A DNA stretch of 24,330 nucleotides from a virus. Taxonomy: Duplodnaviria > Caudoviricetes. This document shows, in pieces, positions 16,741 through 23,829 of the stretch. The notes under the pieces are model-generated. The model was given only the letters and a program-made list of their open reading frames with translations. It was not told the origin of the DNA and searched no databases. A program made the translations under genes and the position numbers. Position 1 is the stretch's first letter. The number at the start of each line of letters is the position of its first letter. Location: the IMG/VR virus record IMGVR_UViG_3300049472_000149, positions 1-24,330 of that record; one strand, written 5' to 3'.

Positions 16741-19700
16741 GTGCCCCTAGTAATTATCAGCGGATACGCCGGAGGTCTGGCGATTACATCTGGCTACGGG
16801 TCCGCTCCTGGAGGTGCTGGTTTGTTTTTCCTAGATTCCGCAGAACTACCCCATGACAACGTCGTCAGGGCTCGATTTACTTCGATCCCAAAGTCCAGCG
16901 GCGGCACCTCTTCCGAAAGAGCTACAACTGCTGCCAATTGGATTTTAACCGGTCCTGGATCTATTCCGGCGATCCAGGTAGTCACAACGGCGACTGACGA
17001 CAACGAAGTCGTAGATATTCATCTTGCTTCAGACCTAACCCCGGGTGACTATGTCCTTACCGCAGCGGCTAGCATCTTGTCGGCTTCTGGGGATTCTATC
17101 GCTGCGCCTCTCGCCGTAGCTTTTACTCTGCGAGATGTCCAGCAGGAGGCTATTTCTGGAGGTGCTTCCAATTCTTCTAGTCTGAATGAGACTGGGTTTC
17201 TAGCTACCTGTAAAGACCGATTAAATAAATTCCTCAACCCTCTGTTCAGGGGCAAAACCAATTGGGATGCTGTCATCGAAGCCCTGGCTGTAGGTGATGC
17301 TGAGATCTACAGACAAGCCGAAAATAGCTTTGACCAATTATTCCTGAGCACTGCCGGTGGCAGCTTCCTGACCTCCAGGGCATCGGATCGAGGAATTAAG
17401 AAGCCTCCCAGAACCGGTTTGTCGGATGATTTATTTAGGAGATTTGCAACCTCCATAGTCAACGGCAAGTTGACTCAGGGAGCCTTCCTCGAAGCTCTAG
17501 ATGTTCTTTACGGAATCGACTCCACAACGGCCTTTGCCGAGACCTCGCTTCAGGAACCGTTTGTTCTATTCGATAACAGCACTCTTGACATCAGGATTGA
17601 TGAGAAATTCACTACCTCTGTAGTATTTAAGAGGAGAGAATTCGGAATCCTGAGAAGGGCCACTGCGGAAGAGGTTGCGGCCTCCATCACTAGGGCTATG
17701 CTGCTGTCGAAATCCGGAGGTTACGCCGTTGCCAAGAACGGCAAAGTCAGGATTTATAGCGGCAGTAGAGGTCTAGGATCTAGTGTCAGAATCACTTCAG
17801 GTACGGCTCAGATCTACTTGCGATTCCCGGAAAACAGATTCCCGGGTAACTCCACAACGACCTGGAATATCACGACTCTTCCTGGAGGTAAGGCTAAGAT
17901 ATCTCCGGCCTCTGATGCCTTCTATGACCTCTCCAGTGTTGAACCCGGAGACTACATCAATATTATTGGATATCAATTCGACCCGTTGAATCGAGGCAGT
18001 TTTGTTGTCGAAGAGGCCGTCTATAGATATACTCCGTCTCTTGAGCAATACGTAGTAGTGAGTAATGCCGATGCCGTCACTCAGTCGGTTGTTCAGACGA
18101 CGTATCAGGATGTCTCTATCTTCAAGGCATCAAAACTGACGACATATGACCGCTCCGGATATGTGGTTGTAGACCAACTGAATGGTACCTCAAGAATCAG
18201 TATTCCGGCAACTACTGCTGCTGTCATCAGGAACTCCTCAAATGCTGCCCATCTGAACTCCCCAGTAGAGTTTGAGGTGTCTGCTCTGGCTCGGGATTTT
18301 ACTGGACTCGTAACAATCACAACCACTGGCGCCCACGGTATGGGTCCTGGGTCTCAGTTTGATTTAGACGGATTCGTCCCCACTCTTACTTTACCTCCCG
18401 TATCCGGGGCCGTACCTAGCGGTGCATTTAGCAATGATTTTGCTGAGGGTACCGGGAATCTTTCCGGATTTTCTCAGTGGTCAGTTGATACCACGTATCA
18501 GGGTGCTGAATTTGCGACAGCAGTAGATCTGGATTCTGACATCCTGCTAATCGGAGGCAATACCTATTCTGCTGGTGTTCCGACACCCAAAAACACGGCA
18601 GCTTTCTTCAGGGTCCAGAGTAAATCTACAGATTCCACGGGGCAGAATCAGCATGTCTATAGGTGGTTCCAAGGCACCATAGGGGCCCAATATAATCTAG
18701 GTACCGCCGTGGCAACATCGGATATTGCTACGGCCTACAACATTACTAGACTGTTTGGAGGCTATCCTGTTTCGCCGTGGAGCGGTCCGACTTCTGCTGA
18801 TGTCATGTATCCCACAGCAGCGGTCCTAAACAAGACCACAATTAAACCAACCGTTTTATCTTCGGTTCAGTTTGACAATGCCCAAGGAATCCTTGCTGCC
18901 CTAGGATTCTGGCTCCATACCAATGCGGTCAGCGGTGATTTGTTATCAATCTCTACTGGTGGCACGACAAGGACCTATGGGTTCGGTACTGGTGGGGATA
19001 CCACGATTACGATTGGTGGCAGCGCATCGGCTACGATGGCCAATTTAATTACAGCTATCAACGCAGACGGCCCCGCACTATGGAAGGCTCTGGCTCTGTC
19101 TACCACTGCTGGAGGATATCCTGGTGATGCCATCGCACTGGCTGAGGAGGCCGTCGGACTCTCGAAGAGTCCCCTAAGAATCTGGGGCAATGCTGGGGCG
19201 GCGTCTAGGATCACAACGATATCTTATGCCACAGCGACCCAATTGAATCCAGACTACACCTCTGGAACGACAACAGCTCTGCCCTCGGCAGACCCCGGTA
19301 GCGGCAGGGCCGGATTCAATGTTGATATAACAGGACTAGCCACAGGGCGAACCCACGAAATTCTTGGCGGCGGCTTCAGGAGATGGACCGGCGCTGTTTG
19401 GTCCACCACGATGTCATGGCTGACGACCTCGGCTACTGGTGGAACTATGGCGACTCCAGTTGCTGAAGCCAAAGCGACCTGGATGGGAAATACTAAATTC
19501 CTAGTTACCGGGGGGACCACAAAACTAAACAAGGCTACGGCTCAGGTCCAGGACTGTTCTTTGGTTCCGACCTGGACCAATATCTATAGCTTGAAAGAAG
19601 CTAGGTGTCAACACGCCCAAGTCAAGTTGAATTCGACTTCTGTTTTGGTTATCGGTGGTCGTAGACCTGCTGATGATGCACAAAGGACTACTCTAGGGTT

Positions 19701-21615
19701 TACCTCTTGGGATATGGATGATGCCTTTGGGGCCACTAATTTTGTGGGACCCGTAGATGTTGCGATTTCGGGGAACTCCAGGATCGCAGGAAAAATAGGA
19801 TATGGCGTAGATCTGACCACAGCCACGATGACTTCTACTGGTGGAGCCCCACAAACAACCCTGAATACCGCATTACTGGCTGACTACACAGTTATGGGCT
19901 GGATGACCCCTGGTGCAGGTGGTTGCGTCTTTAGGAATGGTATTGCCGGAGCCTGGGCGACTTCAGCAGATAATACCTTGATCGCTTTTGGAATTGATCC
20001 CGCTGATGACAAGTTTTGGATCCGATACATGTATGGAAGCGGAACCGTTGTCACCAAAAAATCAGCTCTAACCGTTGCTGCTCTGATGTCGGCCTCTGAT
20101 TTCGTTGCCCCGTATCCGAGGTATCACCACTTCTGCATCACGAAGAATACAGAGGGAGGAGCTGTCAGACTTCGCCTCTATATCAACGGGGTCCAATCAG
20201 ATACCTGGACAGATGTCCTGCCTAGCGGCGGCAGTTCTGGTCTCTGGAGCTTTTCTCAGGCCGATGGTGCCTATTCAAGATTTACGGGCTGCGTCGATGC
20301 TGTTGGGATCTCGGCTACAGTTCTCACCGCTGACCAAGTAAAATCGGTCTATTTGGATGAAATCGGAGTCCTCTACGACAACCCCAATAGTCCGACAGCT
20401 AGTCCTGTCGGTAGGGTTCTAAACACCTGCGAAATCGCTCCAATCACCACGGGTCCTTCGATTCGGGTCGGCTCCATGGCTCATGCTAGATTCGCATCAG
20501 GAGTCGTCCAGCTAAATGACGGCAGGATTCTGGTTTGTGGTGGCATCGGATATAACCCGAGTACAGATGGGATTACAACAAAGTCTCAGAGAGAGCTAGA
20601 ACTCAAATCAGTTGAGATCTATGACCCCGTGCTTCAGATCTGGAATACGATCCAGGACATGAAGGAGCCTCACAGTTATCCAAGCGTGGGGTACTTCCCA
20701 GAACTCAACAGAGTCTATATCTCTGGCGGCTTCACGTCAACAGCAACGGAATACCTCGATTTAAGAACGATGACCTGGGAGACATCCACAGCGATTCCAG
20801 TGGTCAGGGCGAAGAGCGGTGGTGCCGCAGTGAAGGGAGCCATGCTCCATGCCTCTGGGGTAAATCTGGTTTCTGGTGGTCTCTATGCCTCAATAGCTTC
20901 CGATACCTCAATGGTTCCTGGAGACGAAGAAATATTCTGTGGCGGCCTGAACCAAACCCATACCGCTGTCGCAGGAACTACAGGAACTACAATTAAATTC
21001 CAGACCCCGAAACATCCGAACTGGACCCAAGGTACTAGTGGTGTCGTAACTTCTCTGACTGCGGCTCCAGGAGAAATCCTGGGCCCGATTATCACTGACA
21101 CCAAGACTTCGGGAAAGACCTCAACGGCTGGTGTTCTGTCTGAAACCCTGGAATCCGGAGCCAAGTACTCCTCAGTTAAGCTGGGGGCCAATGAAGCTCT
21201 CCAGTTCCCTGAGTCCGGATATCTGGTATTTAATTGGGGCTACAGCAACGAAGTCGGCCCGGTTAAATATTTGGGTAGGATCTCAACAGACACCCTGGCA
21301 ATCGATGCCAGCTTCAGGTTCCCGTCTACACTGAAGCCTGGGGCCTCTGTGAGATTAGTGACGAAGACCCCTGTAGCATCGAAGGCGGCTGCTTTCTGGT
21401 TGACGGCATCTAATGCCGGTCTAGCTGCGGCGAAGAAGACATTGCTAGATATTTCGGCTACTGGAATCGAGCTAGACATAGAGGTTAGGTATCCTGGAGA
21501 CAGAGGTCTTGGCGGGGCCGGGAGGCCAACTGAGGACAACTACAAGATTTCAGATATAGTCGAAGTCTTCGGTTCCGATGACTTAGACACCGAACTGGAG
21601 GCCGCCCGTGAATAG
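16741..21615 (+). CDS. Second baseplate wedge protein (gpI / gp7-like) with Ig-like, Kelch and LamG-like domains, 1624 aa
   Basis: GTG start; 'QLFLSTAGGSFLTSRASDRGIKKP..GLSDDLFRRF...KLTQGAFLEALDVLYG' is wedge-like; C-terminal 'LLDISATGIELDI' is a typical wedge ending; Ig-like N-terminal domain (VRARFT...AANWIL...LTPGDYVLTA..ILSASGD); Kelch GG motifs; LamG motifs (YTVMGW, YHHFCIT, RLYINGV, FTGCVDAVGI..VLTADQVKSVY). Confidence 0.75.
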   Translation: MPLVIISGYAGGLAITSGYGSAPGGAGLFFLDSAELPHDNVVRARFTSIPKSSGGTSSERATTAANWILTGPGSIPAIQVVTTATDDNEVVDIHLASDLTPGDYVLTAAASILSASGDSIAAPLAVAFTLRDVQQEAISGGASNSSSLNETGFLATCKDRLNKFLNPLFRGKTNWDAVIEALAVGDAEIYRQAENSFDQLFLSTAGGSFLTSRASDRGIKKPPRTGLSDDLFRRFATSIVNGKLTQGAFLEALDVLYGIDSTTAFAETSLQEPFVLFDNSTLDIRIDEKFTTSVVFKRREFGILRRATAEEVAASITRAMLLSKSGGYAVAKNGKVRIYSGSRGLGSSVRITSGTAQIYLRFPENRFPGNSTTTWNITTLPGGKAKISPASDAFYDLSSVEPGDYINIIGYQFDPLNRGSFVVEEAVYRYTPSLEQYVVVSNADAVTQSVVQTTYQDVSIFKASKLTTYDRSGYVVVDQLNGTSRISIPATTAAVIRNSSNAAHLNSPVEFEVSALARDFTGLVTITTTGAHGMGPGSQFDLDGFVPTLTLPPVSGAVPSGAFSNDFAEGTGNLSGFSQWSVDTTYQGAEFATAVDLDSDILLIGGNTYSAGVPTPKNTAAFFRVQSKSTDSTGQNQHVYRWFQGTIGAQYNLGTAVATSDIATAYNITRLFGGYPVSPWSGPTSADVMYPTAAVLNKTTIKPTVLSSVQFDNAQGILAALGFWLHTNAVSGDLLSISTGGTTRTYGFGTGGDTTITIGGSASATMANLITAINADGPALWKALALSTTAGGYPGDAIALAEEAVGLSKSPLRIWGNAGAASRITTISYATATQLNPDYTSGTTTALPSADPGSGRAGFNVDITGLATGRTHEILGGGFRRWTGAVWSTTMSWLTTSATGGTMATPVAEAKATWMGNTKFLVTGGTTKLNKATAQVQDCSLVPTWTNIYSLKEARCQHAQVKLNSTSVLVIGGRRPADDAQRTTLGFTSWDMDDAFGATNFVGPVDVAISGNSRIAGKIGYGVDLTTATMTSTGGAPQTTLNTALLADYTVMGWMTPGAGGCVFRNGIAGAWATSADNTLIAFGIDPADDKFWIRYMYGSGTVVTKKSALTVAALMSASDFVAPYPRYHHFCITKNTEGGAVRLRLYINGVQSDTWTDVLPSGGSSGLWSFSQADGAYSRFTGCVDAVGISATVLTADQVKSVYLDEIGVLYDNPNSPTASPVGRVLNTCEIAPITTGPSIRVGSMAHARFASGVVQLNDGRILVCGGIGYNPSTDGITTKSQRELELKSVEIYDPVLQIWNTIQDMKEPHSYPSVGYFPELNRVYISGGFTSTATEYLDLRTMTWETSTAIPVVRAKSGGAAVKGAMLHASGVNLVSGGLYASIASDTSMVPGDEEIFCGGLNQTHTAVAGTTGTTIKFQTPKHPNWTQGTSGVVTSLTAAPGEILGPIITDTKTSGKTSTAGVLSETLESGAKYSSVKLGANEALQFPESGYLVFNWGYSNEVGPVKYLGRISTDTLAIDASFRFPSTLKPGASVRLVTKTPVASKAAAFWLTASNAGLAAAKKTLLDISATGIELDIEVRYPGDRGLGGAGRPTEDNYKISDIVEVFGSDDLDTELEAARE

Positions 21616-22030
21616 ACTAGTTGTTGGATCCCATGTCATTGTTTACATAAATGGTCAGATCTATGCTAGGGTTGCTGATTTTAGCTATGCCATGGCGACT
21701 CCACAAAAGCTGGTCCATGGTATCGATACCCTGCTCCCGATTGAGACCATTCCGACCTCTGCTGAAGTCAAGGGCACGATGTCTATTTATCGAACCCACG
21801 GCGACGGCGGCATCGAGGCCAGAGGCATGATTGCGACCTGGGACGATTTAACACGAGGCAAATACTTCACAATTGATGTTGTTGACAGGGCTTCGGATAC
21901 CTCGATGTTTAGGGCCGATAGATGTGTGGTCCAGGATCAGTCCTGGAGGGTAGCTAGAGGCTTCGTCATGGGTCAGATCTCATTTAGTGCGTTGAACTGG
22001 TCCAACGAAACGGCTCCTGTTGGTAAGTAG
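21608..22030 (+). CDS. Tail-tube-like protein, 140 aa
   Basis: GTG start overlapping the upstream gene by 8 nt; size and pattern 'VIVYINGQIYARVADFSY...GIDTLLPIETIP...VKGTMSIYR...FTIDVVDR...CVVQDQSW...GQISFSAL' fit a tube fold. Confidence 0.65.
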   Translation: MNRLVVGSHVIVYINGQIYARVADFSYAMATPQKLVHGIDTLLPIETIPTSAEVKGTMSIYRTHGDGGIEARGMIATWDDLTRGKYFTIDVVDRASDTSMFRADRCVVQDQSWRVARGFVMGQISFSALNWSNETAPVGK

Positions 22031-22038
22031 GAATCTTA
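22031..22038 (+). promoter_or_regulatory. Conserved intergenic motif GAATCTTA
   Basis: AATCTT at 22032-22037, 7 nt before ATG 22045. Confidence 0.6.
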
Positions 22039-22044
22039 TCCGAT

Positions 22045-23829
22045 ATGGCTGTAGAACGACGACAACAATTTCTTGGACAGGCTAGAATTGATGCGCCGCA
22101 TCTAAGAGCAATCGAGTCTGGAGTAAGTTCCGATTTCGATGTTCTTGCTGGTATCATCATGGCTGGGAAGAAGCCCGTTGTTATCCAGGGGTTTGATCTC
22201 GTCCTGACCAATGCGGTATCCAACGATGCCGAAAACCTCATCCTCAACGTAGCCGGAGGTGCCGTTCTCCACTACGAGGCTACGGAGTCTGGTTCCGTCT
22301 TCAGAGTTCCAGAGGGTAGAGCCCAGGAAGTCTTGGGCCCAACCAATCCGAGAGTTGAGGGTTCTTTTACTCCGTCAGCAGTTAACTTCGTAGGTTTGGA
22401 TTTATTGAGATCTGCTGATGACTCGACAGCAGATACGGTTCAGTTCCTGGACCCCGATACGGATACCGAAACCCCTGTCATCGTTCCTCTGGCCAGGACA
22501 CTAAACTACTCCATTGTGATTTCTACCAAGGAGTTTACTTCGACTCCTGGTATTTTGCCTCTGGCCAGGATTACGACAAACAGTCTCAACAAGGTATCAA
22601 TTATTGAGGATGCAAGACATCTGTTCTTCCGCTTGGGCCAAGGCGGAACCAATCCTTCGGCTGTTTCTCCCTATGGCTGGCCCGGTGGCAGGAACGAAGC
22701 CGCTTCGACACTATCTACGATAGCAGGCGACCGAAGCATTGGGTCTCTGAAGACGTGGTGTGATGCCGTTATGACGCGGCTCTGGGAGATTGGTGGCGGC
22801 GAATACTGGTATTCTGCAACAGCAGACCGTAATGTCAGCATCGGACATATCTCCACTGTTTTTGCCTCAACAGGCGAGGCCATGGAGTATACTGGAGGCC
22901 ACCTCCACTGGCAAGCTCTTAGAATTATCTTCGATAACTCGACGGGAGCCGTAAATGAGGTCCAAGCACAGACTACGAATCTGGCTGGGCTCACCGATAT
23001 CGCAGATGGCGAATGCATCTATGTAGATCTCGACAGGACTCGGGATAGGACTATTGCGTTCCCGAATCCATTGGTTGCCCAAAAAGGTGTTCTGAAGACC
23101 CTGGGTCAAAGCACGAGACCTGGACAGCGATTTATAATTGCCTGGAGAATTGGGGCATCGGTATTCTTCAGAGGCCAGCCCTATCCTGTGGGTAGTTCTT
23201 TAAAGCTAGCTACCCCTCTGGCTTCGGGTACCGGTAGAACTTCGATTCAGGCCAGTGGTCACGGCGGCTCTGTCTTTACCCCGCAGGACCCCGTCTTCGC
23301 CGGTCTCGCCATGCATACCAATTATGGCTTCACCGCCACTGCTGGTGGTATCTCTCATAACCTCGACATCTCTGGTGCCAACCAGTTGGTTACAGCAGCA
23401 GACCTCAAGATCGGAAGAGGTTCGGCGGCAGGTGACTACAACGTATTGATCACTACAATTGGTGCCCAATATCAGACTCTGATTTCTGGTACTTCTGATT
23501 TTGAGGCCAATGGCACCTCGGTACTGGAGGTCCAGAATCCTTCGGTTAGCCATACGGCTAAGCCCAAGACTAGATTAGCTACATTCAGGGGTTATGACGG
23601 TGCCCAAGTCGAGACATCTCATTTCTTCGAGTCTATTGGATCCATTGGTATCCGAAATATCGATGGCAACGTTACTCCACCGACTCCGACACCAACAGGA
23701 ACCGAGGATGTCAGATCTCGATTCTATATCAGGCACAACGGGGTTGCGTCTCCAAACCGCAGGGACCAGCTCTGTGTGTTATGGCATAACGGCGACATCG
23801 TTGTAATTGCAGAGGGACCACTTTACTAA
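22045..23829 (+). CDS. Virion structural protein, probable baseplate/tail-fibre attachment protein, 594 aa
   Basis: Long ORF preceded by the AATCTT motif; N-terminal 'VVIQGFDLV...LILNVAGG...NFVGL...ILPLARITT...IIEDAR' resembles fibre/baseplate-anchor N-terminal domains; beta-rich C-terminus. Confidence 0.55.
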   Translation: MAVERRQQFLGQARIDAPHLRAIESGVSSDFDVLAGIIMAGKKPVVIQGFDLVLTNAVSNDAENLILNVAGGAVLHYEATESGSVFRVPEGRAQEVLGPTNPRVEGSFTPSAVNFVGLDLLRSADDSTADTVQFLDPDTDTETPVIVPLARTLNYSIVISTKEFTSTPGILPLARITTNSLNKVSIIEDARHLFFRLGQGGTNPSAVSPYGWPGGRNEAASTLSTIAGDRSIGSLKTWCDAVMTRLWEIGGGEYWYSATADRNVSIGHISTVFASTGEAMEYTGGHLHWQALRIIFDNSTGAVNEVQAQTTNLAGLTDIADGECIYVDLDRTRDRTIAFPNPLVAQKGVLKTLGQSTRPGQRFIIAWRIGASVFFRGQPYPVGSSLKLATPLASGTGRTSIQASGHGGSVFTPQDPVFAGLAMHTNYGFTATAGGISHNLDISGANQLVTAADLKIGRGSAAGDYNVLITTIGAQYQTLISGTSDFEANGTSVLEVQNPSVSHTAKPKTRLATFRGYDGAQVETSHFFESIGSIGIRNIDGNVTPPTPTPTGTEDVRSRFYIRHNGVASPNRRDQLCVLWHNGDIVVIAEGPLY

